A DNA stretch of 45,876 nt, taken from the IMG/VR virus record IMGVR_UViG_3300030397_000588, positions 1 through 45,876 of that record; one strand, written 5' to 3'. Positions 18,010-25,979 of this stretch are shown one piece after another (position 1 is the first letter of the stretch; every line of letters starts with the position of its first letter). Both the position numbers and the translations under genes were made by a program. Below the pieces are notes generated by a model. That model was given only the letters and a program-made list of their open reading frames with translations, ran no database searches and had not been told where the DNA came from. This DNA comes from a virus (taxonomy: Duplodnaviria; Caudoviricetes).

Positions 18010-18240
18010 TCAATTCCCGAACTTGGCTTCTTTACCCTTAACGGCGTCAATAATCATGCGCTCAATCCAGTTCGTTACAGGCAATATGCTCTCGTTTATT
18101 CCTGTAATGTTCGCCTGAGAGCAAATCTTTTCGGCCTCCTCAATACTGTACTTACCCGCATCCGCAATATTTGTCGTATATCCCCTGCGCCCAGTTTTCC
18201 ACCACGCGTTGTGCTCAAAGCTCCATACCAAGTATTCCAT
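18010..18240 (-). CDS. Hypothetical phage protein
   Basis: YLVWS.EHNAWW...RGYT..I.DAGKYS.EEA..IC motif, common in phages. Confidence 0.7.
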   Translation of the reverse strand: MEYLVWSFEHNAWWKTGRRGYTTNIADAGKYSIEEAEKICSQANITGINESILPVTNWIERMIIDAVKGKEAKFGN

Positions 18241-18283
18241 ACCCCCAAACCTCCACGGCTACGCCGCTGTTAGTGGTTGCTCG

Positions 18284-19216
18284 TCAAGCAGCTTGCTTTG
18301 CCTCATATTCGATATAAGCAAGAATCTCCTGCAGCCTCAGCTTCGTCTGTTCACCAATTGTGACATAGTAAGCGTCCTGCATTTGAGGAATCTCGATCGC
18401 CTGAATCGCCCTGTACAACCCGCGCAGCTTGTCCTTATCACTGGCAGCGGCTTCCTTGATTCTCGCCCTCTCCTCTTCCCGCTGCTTTGCGGCCTCGGCT
18501 TCCTGTTTCGCCTTGAGTTCAGCATGAGCCGCTTCATTCTCCATTTTAAGACGCTTGGTTTCTTCCCGCAGCTTTTCCATTTCCTTGCGCGCCTCTTCTT
18601 CTCTCTGCCTCTTAGCTTCAGCCTCCTGCCGCTCTTTCTCTACGCGCGCCTCATGTGCAAACTTGCAGTTATCGAGCAGTTCCGAAAACGCCTCCACTTC
18701 CATGTTCTCCAGATCGTAATGCTCCGCAGACTCGACGTATGGTGCGAGCAGTTCCTGGCGTTCTTCGGCAAGCTTTCTCTTACGCTCCGCTTCGATGCGT
18801 GCAGCGAACTCCTCATGTTCCTTGAGCTGCGATTCCCAAAGCTCTGCACGCTCACGAATCATACGCCAGAAGTAATCCACAGTGCGACCTGCGATCTTCG
18901 GATACTCTTTTTCGCGCTTGTGAACCTTCTGCGCCTCAACGCGGACATTCTTTATCGCAATGCGAAGCCGCTTCGCCTCGGCCATGCCAGCCTTATCGTT
19001 CTCGTCCGTTACTTCAATATCATGCACGAGCATGCCCTTCTGCATGATTTGCTCCATGAACGGAGCGAACGTCTCGGCAAGGCCCTGCAACTGGCTCGCT
19101 GGCAAAATGCTCGTTTCCTCTGGCAGCTCTTCACCTGTCAGTTCAGGCCATGAATGTTGGGGGACAATATCTGTTGCGGATTTATTGTCCGCGATTTGAG
19201 TTGCTTCCATCGTCAT
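18284..19216 (-). CDS. Coiled-coil phage protein
   Basis: EK-rich coiled coil, AKRLRIAIKNVRVEAQKVHK..K; ends in KQAA. Confidence 0.8.
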   Translation of the reverse strand: MTMEATQIADNKSATDIVPQHSWPELTGEELPEETSILPASQLQGLAETFAPFMEQIMQKGMLVHDIEVTDENDKAGMAEAKRLRIAIKNVRVEAQKVHKREKEYPKIAGRTVDYFWRMIRERAELWESQLKEHEEFAARIEAERKRKLAEERQELLAPYVESAEHYDLENMEVEAFSELLDNCKFAHEARVEKERQEAEAKRQREEEARKEMEKLREETKRLKMENEAAHAELKAKQEAEAAKQREEERARIKEAAASDKDKLRGLYRAIQAIEIPQMQDAYYVTIGEQTKLRLQEILAYIEYEAKQAA

Positions 19217-19460
19217 CCTCTTGTTCTAATATCGGTTTGATTTGCTTCGCCTTCTCCTTATTCCACAGCATCGGCGCGTGCTTCCCGTAGAGCCTGAGCA
19301 GCTCTAGCATACGGCGCGTTGGCCCGTTGGCCTTGCCCGTCCCTGCTACGTGCTGCGTGCCACTCTCGCTCGTGAAGTCGAAGAATCGGTTCACAGCTGC
19401 CCAACTCCCCCACTCTTTGCGCGCCTTGTTGAGCAGGCGTTTGATTGTCCTGGGGGTCAT
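19182..19460 (-). CDS. Small HTH-like protein
   Basis: Cro-like helix pattern ending GPTRRMLELL. Confidence 0.5.
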   Translation of the reverse strand: MTPRTIKRLLNKARKEWGSWAAVNRFFDFTSESGTQHVAGTGKANGPTRRMLELLRLYGKHAPMLWNKEKAKQIKPILEQEDDDGSNSNRGQ

Positions 19461-20152
19461 ACTGGCTTTATTCGCTCAAATTCTACTACCCACACATACG
19501 GGTTCTTGTCCCAGCCGAAGCCGCGTGATTCGTTGATTGAATCCCAGAGCTGCCTGAACTCACCAAAAGTATATGAAGGGTGTTGCCCAATATGATCAAG
19601 CCGATCCTCGGAAGGATTGTACACATTGCACCCTTCCCAAAAAGCATCGGTACCACTGATATCCTGAATCCGCTCAACCCGAACCCTCTTATTCAATGCC
19701 TTGATTCGACTAAGGCTCTTGTACATAAAGCGACCCGGTGTTGATCTGTATGGGTGCTTCCTGACGAGCCACTTGTCCAATTCGTCAGCAGACAGTCTAA
19801 CATTGATGAACGGTTCATTATCTGCTAAGTAAATACCCGACACTCCACCATCTTCGTTTAATTCGTCTATCCGGTAAGACTCTTGGATCCACAAGTGATC
19901 TCCCGAATTTCCGTAGGGGCACTGAATATATCCAAAACACCCCGTATCGACGCATATTACATTGGGCTTACCTAGTCCATCCACCTCAAAATCATCCCAC
20001 TCCCCAGTACTCCACGATGGTAATTTAATGACCCGCCTGGTCTGCGTCTTACGCCCTTCCAAAACAGCTTTGACCATTTCCGAAGTAAATGAAATCGGCC
20101 GCTCTTTGACTTGCTCTAATACTTCCATAGCAACCTCGTTTTGATTTGCCAC
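19457..20152 (-). CDS. ASCH-like phage protein
   Basis: ERPISF..EMVKAVLEGRKTQTRRVIK...CPYG..GD.LW..E...VRVERIQDIS..DA..EG...F.QLWDSIN...WDKNPYVWVVEF. Confidence 0.8.
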   Translation of the reverse strand: MANQNEVAMEVLEQVKERPISFTSEMVKAVLEGRKTQTRRVIKLPSWSTGEWDDFEVDGLGKPNVICVDTGCFGYIQCPYGNSGDHLWIQESYRIDELNEDGGVSGIYLADNEPFINVRLSADELDKWLVRKHPYRSTPGRFMYKSLSRIKALNKRVRVERIQDISGTDAFWEGCNVYNPSEDRLDHIGQHPSYTFGEFRQLWDSINESRGFGWDKNPYVWVVEFERIKPV

Positions 20153-20168
20153 CTACGATAATCGTAGG
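20152..20168. promoter_or_regulatory. Palindromic operator candidate
   Basis: Perfect inverted repeat cctacgat-a-atcgtagg at the start of the leftward run. Confidence 0.45.
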
Positions 20169-20183
20169 CACATATAACAAAGA

Positions 20184-20219
20184 TAAGCCCCACCTGAAGC
20201 CGTGTCAAGTGAGGCTTTT
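20184..20219. terminator. Hairpin, likely terminator of the accessory structural module
   Basis: aagccccac...gtgaggctt stem with T-rich flanks. Confidence 0.5.
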
Positions 20220-20234
20220 GCATGCAGGCAATCT

Positions 20235-20462
20235 CTACAGCGTAACGCCCCGCCGCTGCAGCTCGCGAAGCGCTGCGAGGTTGTTGTACGTCACGCCCCG
20301 ATGCATCCACGCCCGGCGCTTGCCGGATTCGGCGCGCGTGCTCTTCTTGGGGATCCACTCGCCCAGATGCTCGGCTACAAGCGCGTCGATCTTCGCCTGA
20401 ATACGCTCAGGCGGCTGCACCAGGAAGAGCCATTGCTTCGCATCCAGGCGGTATAGGTTCAC
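20235..20462 (-). CDS. Hypothetical protein
   Basis: Start overlaps the stop of the upstream gene. Confidence 0.45.
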   Translation of the reverse strand: MNLYRLDAKQWLFLVQPPERIQAKIDALVAEHLGEWIPKKSTRAESGKRRAWMHRGVTYNNLAALRELQRRGVTL

Positions 20463-21052
20463 TATGCTGTCGCTGCTGGCGTTGTGATAGCAAGCGCTGT
20501 AACGCTAACCTGCTGGCCACTTGTAATGCTGGTTGAATCCAGGTTGATATCGCTTCCAGAGGTGCCAACCGTCATGCCGGAGACCTCGCGCGCCGTACCC
20601 AGCGTAATGGCTGCATTGTCGGCTGGAGCGGCAACAAGTGGAGGAAAGAATTCGATCGTTCCGGCGCCGCTTGAGTGATCTTTCGTGATTATGTACTGCT
20701 GAGTATCTCCAGCAAACGTTATCACATCACCTTCGAGGAAGGTACCCGTCCCCGTATCCACGGGCATCGTGCTATCGCCTATGGCCGCGCTGGCGTTGTT
20801 TACAAGGTATCCAGACGCTGTTCCATTCGTGTGAATAAGCCGGGCTTCAGCCGCTGTACCTGTAGCATCGGCGCTCGAGTCCGTTACCGTGGCTGTAAAA
20901 TCTGTCGCGCCTGTCGCTGGAGGATCCCAGGTAATAGGCGAGTGCGTTGAAAGCACTGTGCTTCCGCCGCTGGTTCTGATCTCTAAGGTGTCCATACCGT
21001 AGACAAACATTATGTTGAGACCATTTCTGTGCTCTGTGTTCTTTGAGGCCAT
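20462..21052 (-). CDS. Putative virion protein with inserted beta-barrel domain
   Basis: Thr/Ser/Gly/Ala-rich; TDSSADATGTA..AR...VGTSGSDINLDSTSITSGQQVSVT frame with internal GTFLEGDVITFAG...PPLVAAPADNAAIT. Confidence 0.65.
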   Translation of the reverse strand: MASKNTEHRNGLNIMFVYGMDTLEIRTSGGSTVLSTHSPITWDPPATGATDFTATVTDSSADATGTAAEARLIHTNGTASGYLVNNASAAIGDSTMPVDTGTGTFLEGDVITFAGDTQQYIITKDHSSGAGTIEFFPPLVAAPADNAAITLGTAREVSGMTVGTSGSDINLDSTSITSGQQVSVTALAITTPAATA

Positions 21053-21096
21053 ATTTTTTACCTTTTACTCAGATTTGAAATAAGATTTGAAGACCT

Positions 21097-21753
21097 ATGG
21101 AAAAATGGAGAAGTGTCCCAGGTTTTAAAGGTGCGTACTTCGTTTCTAACAAGGGACGAGTTAAGAGCTACAAGACAGGAAAAGAGAAATTCCTGAGATT
21201 CAATATGGCAAGTCGCTATCCCCGTGTTAGACTTTGTAACGGACCTCATGTCGAGACATGGGATGTTCACAGACTCGTGTATTCTGTTTTTGTGGGGCTG
21301 ATTCCACCTGGAAAATGCGTTCGCCATTTGAACGACATGAAGACAGATAATAGACTCGAAAATCTTGCTATAGGCACCAACGCTGACAACGCTAGAGACA
21401 GGGCCCGTAACAACCTGATGCCAAAAGGCGAGGACCATCACCGCGCCAAGCTGACTGATGACATTGTTATTGAGATGAGAAAAATGTTTAGGAAAGGGCT
21501 TAGCGCTGTTCATATCAGCAAAATATTCGGAGTGGACTCTTCTGTCGCACATGCTGCCATTCGCGGAAAAACATGGTCCCATGTACCTAATCCAGTAATC
21601 GAAAGGCTGCCAGGCCCAAATCGCAAAATCCACGACGAAATAGCACTTGCGATGAAAATCGAACGTGAAAAGGGTGCGACCTTCAAAGAAATTGCCGCCA
21701 AGCACAGCATATCTGCCGCTACGGCATACAGGCGAATAAAGGCTATTTCTTAA
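21097..21753 (+). CDS. NUMOD4-HNH homing endonuclease
   Basis: EKWRSVPGFKGAYFVSNKGRVKS (NUMOD4), VHRLVYSVFVG...RHLNDMKTDNRLENL (HNH_3), C-terminal HTH repeats; inverted relative to neighbours. Confidence 0.9.
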   Translation: MEKWRSVPGFKGAYFVSNKGRVKSYKTGKEKFLRFNMASRYPRVRLCNGPHVETWDVHRLVYSVFVGLIPPGKCVRHLNDMKTDNRLENLAIGTNADNARDRARNNLMPKGEDHHRAKLTDDIVIEMRKMFRKGLSAVHISKIFGVDSSVAHAAIRGKTWSHVPNPVIERLPGPNRKIHDEIALAMKIEREKGATFKEIAAKHSISAATAYRRIKAIS

Positions 21754-21764
21754 TAAGCAGTTCA

Positions 21765-22094
21765 CTATACCGTATTGTCTGGCCTTGCGTAGAAATACCC
21801 CGGCTCTGCGCCTGCATTCCCCGTAGTTATTGCCCGCACGTGATGCGTCCCCGAGACGCCGATTGGATAAAGGAGTTGGTAAACACCTGTAGAAGTTTTG
21901 GTAAGCTCTGAATCGGTGCCAAATTCATAGGTTGTTGCACTCGTTGAAGGCGGCTTCACCTTGACAGAGAGGGTCGTCGGATCAGCCAACTCGGCGTCAC
22001 TGTCCTTGGTATTGATCGTTATTTTCGCCGTATCACCAACATCCAGTTTCTGCCCGGATACAACGATATCAGGCACCGCGTTACTACTCGACAT
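21765..22094 (-). CDS. Small Ig-like (BppU-N-like) putative virion protein
   Basis: DVGDTAKITI...ADPTTLSVKVKPP...STGVYQLLYPI..SGTHHVR, beta-sandwich pattern. Confidence 0.6.
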   Translation of the reverse strand: MSSSNAVPDIVVSGQKLDVGDTAKITINTKDSDAELADPTTLSVKVKPPSTSATTYEFGTDSELTKTSTGVYQLLYPIGVSGTHHVRAITTGNAGAEPGYFYARPDNTV

Positions 22095-23646
22095 AAGGCT
22101 CTGCTGTTAAGGTGATTTGCATGAGCGGCGTAGCGCTCAATTCGATTTGTGTAAGCGCGGTGGCACTAAGCGCTATATCCCGCACATTGCCACCAACATC
22201 GTCATTTCCAGATATGGTTTCGCCGCCATCAACCAGGCTACCCGAGCCTGTGATAAACACCTGCCCTGCGCCGCTGATGCCCTCTCCCGCGTCAGTGACC
22301 GAGCCGCTACCTGTCCTATTGCCGACGACATTGCCGACGCCAACTATAGTCTCTCCCCCATCAGTAAGAGATCCGCCGCCGTCGACGAACACCTGGCCCG
22401 TGCCGCTGATCGTCTCTGCGCCATCAGTAAGGGTCCCGCTTCCAAATAGACCTGTTCCACCAACTCCAACAATCGTCTCTGCACCGTCAACCAGCGAGCC
22501 TGCGCCATCTACATACACCTGGCCACTGCCAGATATCGTTTCGCCTCCATCAGTAAGAGATCCTGACCCAGAGACGAGCACATCACCTGTACCAGCAAGC
22601 GATTCACCGCCATCTGTAACGGCGCCTGAGCCAGAGACGAGAACTTCGCCGCTACCAGCTATGGCCTCTCCAGTATCTGTTATAGCGCCTGAACCAGAGG
22701 CAGAATCGCCCACAGTCCCTGTGCCAGCTATCGTCTCACCACCATCGGTTACCGAGCCATTGCCGCTTACCAGAACATCGCCTGTCCCCGCTATTGTCTC
22801 GCCGCCATCAGTAAGTGAACCACTGCCGCCGACGAGTACGGTGCCCGAGCCTGCGATCGTCTCCCCTGCATCTGTAAGGGATCCGCTTCCTGATACCCCG
22901 CTGCTCCCCGCCCATGCGTCGTGCAGATCCGATACTTGCGTTGCAGAGAGCGCCAGATCTGTAAAGTGGACGTACTCCCCTATCAAGCCATTGAGCGGAG
23001 CCGTACTTTGCGACCAAACATCGCCGGTATGTGCTCTGCCGCTCTTGAATCCCGCTGCCGAGCCCCGGGCCGTGCCGAGAATGACCGCACTCTCCATGTT
23101 GTTAGAGCCCCATGAAGCAATGTCGACAGTGAACGAGAGGCTACCATCTACATAGATATGGAACTCGTCCTCAGAGTCATCCTGAACACCAATAATCGAG
23201 TGCCATGTACCGGCCGTTAGCGCACTCGCATTATTGTTATAAACATTCGAATTAAACCAGCAATTAAGGTATAAGTCAGAATCGGTGTACTGGTACAGCA
23301 TGAAGCCCAGGCCACCAGTACCACCCTGTTGTAGGATAACTTGACCGTCAGAGAGGCTGTCAACATTGACGGAAACAAAGAATGACCTGTCAGTCCTCGA
23401 TGCTCGGTCGTAACTAACTCCGTCAGTAGGGCTTTGCAGCTCGATATAGTTCCCCGATGAGCTACCGTCTAAGTCTACAGCAGCATTACCGTCGTCAGCT
23501 CCGCCGGTCTGGTTGAGCGTTACTGCCGAGCCATAGGTAAAATCATCAGAGCCGATCGAGTCCGAGGCCGTCGTACCTGTCGTCTCGTCAAGGCGTAGGT
23601 GGCAGTCCCCGCCCAGGGTTGATATTTCGTCGGTAAACGCTGACAC
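22084..23646 (-). CDS. LamG/ConA-like domain plus 21-aa repeat protein (putative adhesin/fibre)
   Basis: RLDETTGTTASDS...AVDLDG...GTWHSIIGV...IYVDG...LNGLIGE...ALSATQVSDL LamG signature, then 11 repeats. Confidence 0.8.
   Translation of the reverse strand: MSAFTDEISTLGGDCHLRLDETTGTTASDSIGSDDFTYGSAVTLNQTGGADDGNAAVDLDGSSSGNYIELQSPTDGVSYDRASRTDRSFFVSVNVDSLSDGQVILQQGGTGGLGFMLYQYTDSDLYLNCWFNSNVYNNNASALTAGTWHSIIGVQDDSEDEFHIYVDGSLSFTVDIASWGSNNMESAVILGTARGSAAGFKSGRAHTGDVWSQSTAPLNGLIGEYVHFTDLALSATQVSDLHDAWAGSSGVSGSGSLTDAGETIAGSGTVLVGGSGSLTDGGETIAGTGDVLVSGNGSVTDGGETIAGTGTVGDSASGSGAITDTGEAIAGSGEVLVSGSGAVTDGGESLAGTGDVLVSGSGSLTDGGETISGSGQVYVDGAGSLVDGAETIVGVGGTGLFGSGTLTDGAETISGTGQVFVDGGGSLTDGGETIVGVGNVVGNRTGSGSVTDAGEGISGAGQVFITGSGSLVDGGETISGNDDVGGNVRDIALSATALTQIELSATPLMQITLTAEPYVE
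22205..22900 (-). repeat. 11 tandem ~63-bp (21-aa) coding repeats
   Basis: Consensus VSGSGSLTDGGETIAGxGxVx. Confidence 0.9.
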
Positions 23647-23654
23647 TTATATCC

Positions 23655-24023
23655 CTAGTTGAGATTGAATCTCGGGATATTGAAGAGGAAGCCTTCGCGC
23701 TGCGCATCGGTATAATTCTCAGTATGAGCCGCGCCATCGATATCGTTTCCGCTATTGAGGAAGGCGTACACGTCTTCCATGATGTTGTGCGCACGGTTCC
23801 AGTCCTGGTTGGTAAGACTGTTGTCGTCTGTCGTGAGGTAGTTGTCGCGAGCGGCGAAGTCGTCAGGCTTAATGCCGTTGATTCCGGCCTCGGCCTGGTT
23901 TACCAGGTGCTCCTCGATTTCTTTTCTCAGCGCTACCATTCGGCGCACGATAGCCTTTGTGCGCTCCATGTGTCTGTTAAATTCCTTTAACTGCTGATTG
24001 GTAAGATCTGCTAGATTTGGCAT
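23655..24023 (-). CDS. Hypothetical helical protein, first gene of the accessory module
   Basis: ATG 24023 (MPNLADLTNQQL) downstream of the late-type promoter. Confidence 0.65.
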   Translation of the reverse strand: MPNLADLTNQQLKEFNRHMERTKAIVRRMVALRKEIEEHLVNQAEAGINGIKPDDFAARDNYLTTDDNSLTNQDWNRAHNIMEDVYAFLNSGNDIDGAAHTENYTDAQREGFLFNIPRFNLN

Positions 24024-24102
24024 GGGTCCATCTAAGATGTTATTCGAAACATCTAGACGAGCGTTTGGGGGACGCTTGGGGGCGTCATAGATATGCATTA
24101 AG

Positions 24103-24139
24103 TACCTGTAAAATAAGGATTTAGTCCTATAAGTTCCAA
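24103..24139 (-). promoter_or_regulatory. Putative late promoter (accessory structural module)
   Basis: TTGGAA-N18-TATTTT-ACAGGTA; 20/22 match to 7341-7362. Confidence 0.65.
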
Positions 24140-24152
24140 TGCGCTGCGGCCA

Positions 24153-24350
24153 AAAGAAAAGGCCCCGGCTCGTTCTCAACCGGGGCCTTAACCCATCGAA
24201 ATACTAGAAGTGCGTGAGGGGCTACTATGAAATGCTAACCTGTAACCAGCGCTTGCTAGATCCCCACCCGATCCAGCCTGTTGCGCCGCTGCTCTACCAC
24301 ATAAGCCCCGACGTGTACCTAACAGTACACATACTATATGTGTACTTCAA
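24153..24350 (-). ncRNA. Candidate structured sRNA with own promoter/operator and terminator
   Basis: TTGAAG-N17-TACTGT overlapping palindrome agtacacata-cta-tatgtgtact; rod ggggct...agcccc with inner gctggatc/gatctagc; terminator aaggccccgg/ccggggcctt plus U-tract. Confidence 0.45.
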
Positions 24351-24372
24351 GCGTGTGACAAAATCAGGACAA

Positions 24373-25182
24373 TTAGAGATCTAGTAGCTGCTGCTCACCA
24401 CCGCCATAAAGGTCTCTAAACGTACCGTGATAGTTGGTGATAATGTAAAGCACAGGTACACCACCAAGCGTTTCAACCTGCACATCAACTACATACGCCC
24501 GCTGAAAGGGGTGTTCCTGCTCAAGCATTTCGGCTTTTATAGTGGAATCCGCAAATTCGATTTTAACCGGCCTGGATACAATACTCTCTATGATTCCCTT
24601 ATCTCCCGCCGTATTACCTACTTCATTGCGTGCCTGATACCAGTATAAAACAGCTTTCTTTTGTGGTCTCGCTAAAGGCAGTTCAAACATTTCCGCTTCC
24701 TTGCGGGCAATATTCTGCGCCACGTTGGCATCCTGAGAGCCGATATTGAAATTGTAAATCACATTCCCTCCGACATTCAAGCTACCGATATTAAGCTGTG
24801 AAGATTTATCCTTCGCAACTGGTTCCACAATTTTAGAGAGATTGCCCAGGCTTTTGCGCGTGATGATCTCGGGTCGATCCTTTGTTCTACCAAGCAGGTA
24901 ATCATAACCCGACACAAGGTATTTACTGAACTCGATTACGCTATTGGCATGCTCAACAAAGAGAAGTGCGGCGGGCATCATTGCCACCAGCTCCGCAAGT
25001 ATACTCCCCGTTTTTATCTCCTGGACGTATAGCTTAAGTTCTGAGGGGCTACCAAAACCAGGTGTTGCTTGTAGGAAGTTTTTATACTCATCCCCGATAG
25101 CGAGCATACTGCTCGTCAAGTCCGTCAATTCAACAGGACTTTCGTTCTTCAGGTGATATCGTAATCTAGGCTGCGGCTCCAT
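24373..25182 (-). CDS. Moron-like hypothetical protein (269 aa)
   Basis: Lower GC; own promoter at 25211-25243; PVELTDLTSSM...EIKTGSI motif. Confidence 0.75.
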   Translation of the reverse strand: MEPQPRLRYHLKNESPVELTDLTSSMLAIGDEYKNFLQATPGFGSPSELKLYVQEIKTGSILAELVAMMPAALLFVEHANSVIEFSKYLVSGYDYLLGRTKDRPEIITRKSLGNLSKIVEPVAKDKSSQLNIGSLNVGGNVIYNFNIGSQDANVAQNIARKEAEMFELPLARPQKKAVLYWYQARNEVGNTAGDKGIIESIVSRPVKIEFADSTIKAEMLEQEHPFQRAYVVDVQVETLGGVPVLYIITNYHGTFRDLYGGGEQQLLDL

Positions 25183-25210
25183 TTGATGTCATGGTTTTCC
25201 ATGTATGATA

Positions 25211-25243
25211 CAAAGGTACGCTGCCAAGGTGCTGTCATACAAA
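25211..25243 (-). promoter_or_regulatory. Bacteroidota-type promoter
   Basis: TTTG-N21-TACCTTTG matches the TTTG/TAnnTTTG consensus. Confidence 0.5.
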
Positions 25244-25409
25244 TCGATTCTCAACCATACCTCACCTGTAATACCACTCCTCCGCCCTCTCGTAGCATCA
25301 GGCAGCCCGGAGCCACAGGTGCAGACGTTCGCAGAGAATGCCTAGCAGAGCGAGGATGCGGGGGTAGAGTTCCATGTACGCTAGACGCATGGGGTGAGGA
25401 AACGTAACC

Positions 25410-25682
25410 TTACTTGTACTCAACGTGGAATGACACAAGGCCAAGAAGATCAGGATAGTTAGTAATCCACCACCGGTCGAACTCTTCCATCCTACTGAGT
25501 GCACCATCAACATCGATAGACGTTCTGACGACAATTACAAAATCCGAATCAACTTCCCCTTCAGGATCACCTTCACGTTTTGCATAAATCTCCGCCCCTT
25601 TCTCATAGCGATCCTGCAGGTTCGGAATTGCCTGATTAACGGCAGCTAACAATTCGGGTCCCAAATTCAGTTCGGTAAACAT
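25410..25682 (-). CDS. Hypothetical acidic protein (90 aa)
   Basis: ATG 25682 with aggggt SD; ...RMEEFDRWW... motif. Confidence 0.55.
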   Translation of the reverse strand: MFTELNLGPELLAAVNQAIPNLQDRYEKGAEIYAKREGDPEGEVDSDFVIVVRTSIDVDGALSRMEEFDRWWITNYPDLLGLVSFHVEYK

Positions 25683-25829
25683 AACCCCTTTTACTGAGCC
25701 TGTGGGAATATTCCCCCTTGATTTTCGTAGTGTTAGAAGTGATAAGCGATTGCTTAACTTTAATAAAATATGAAAACCGCTGAACCGGACGGTTCTTGTG
25801 GCGAGGCGCATTATCTTGGCGTCCGAATT

Positions 25830-25979
25830 TTCGCATGGAGAGCAGACCCCTGCGGAGTGGTAGAACTTGGCGACGAACGCTATCGCCCTGAATACCGCTA
25901 CCTGTTAGGTGGTCTGCTCACCCGATAGGTTTGCGGTTACGGCCTCGGGCCCTCGGGTCCGGGGCTCAGTTCTTTTTTT
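25830..25979 (+). ncRNA. Candidate rod-shaped sRNA plus terminator
   Basis: Nested stems gagcagacc/ggtctgctc, agtggta/taccgct, ggcga/tcgcc; GC-rich hairpin 25942-25965 plus T7. Confidence 0.45.

Noticed and set aside
18209-19153. 314-aa plus-strand ORF
   Set aside because: Codon-aligned antisense shadow of the E/K-rich coiled-coil gene; the Leu/Phe-rich translation is the expected mirror
20101-20110. boxA-like gctctttgac
   Set aside because: Lies antisense within a coding region; probably chance
21058-21765. 235-aa minus-strand ORF that would keep operon polarity
   Set aside because: The opposite strand has clear NUMOD4/HNH motifs; this frame has no recognisable features
22205-22900. Possible CRISPR array or DGR repeats
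   Set aside because: Repeats are degenerate at synonymous positions, have no spacers and are coding; no cas or reverse transcriptase gene is in the window
22112-23155. 347-aa Pro/Ser-rich plus-strand ORF
   Set aside because: Antisense shadow of the Gly-rich repeats
24218-24309. tRNA-Ala-like gene (GGGGCU...AGCCCC)
   Set aside because: No T-loop consensus or cloverleaf; folds as a rod
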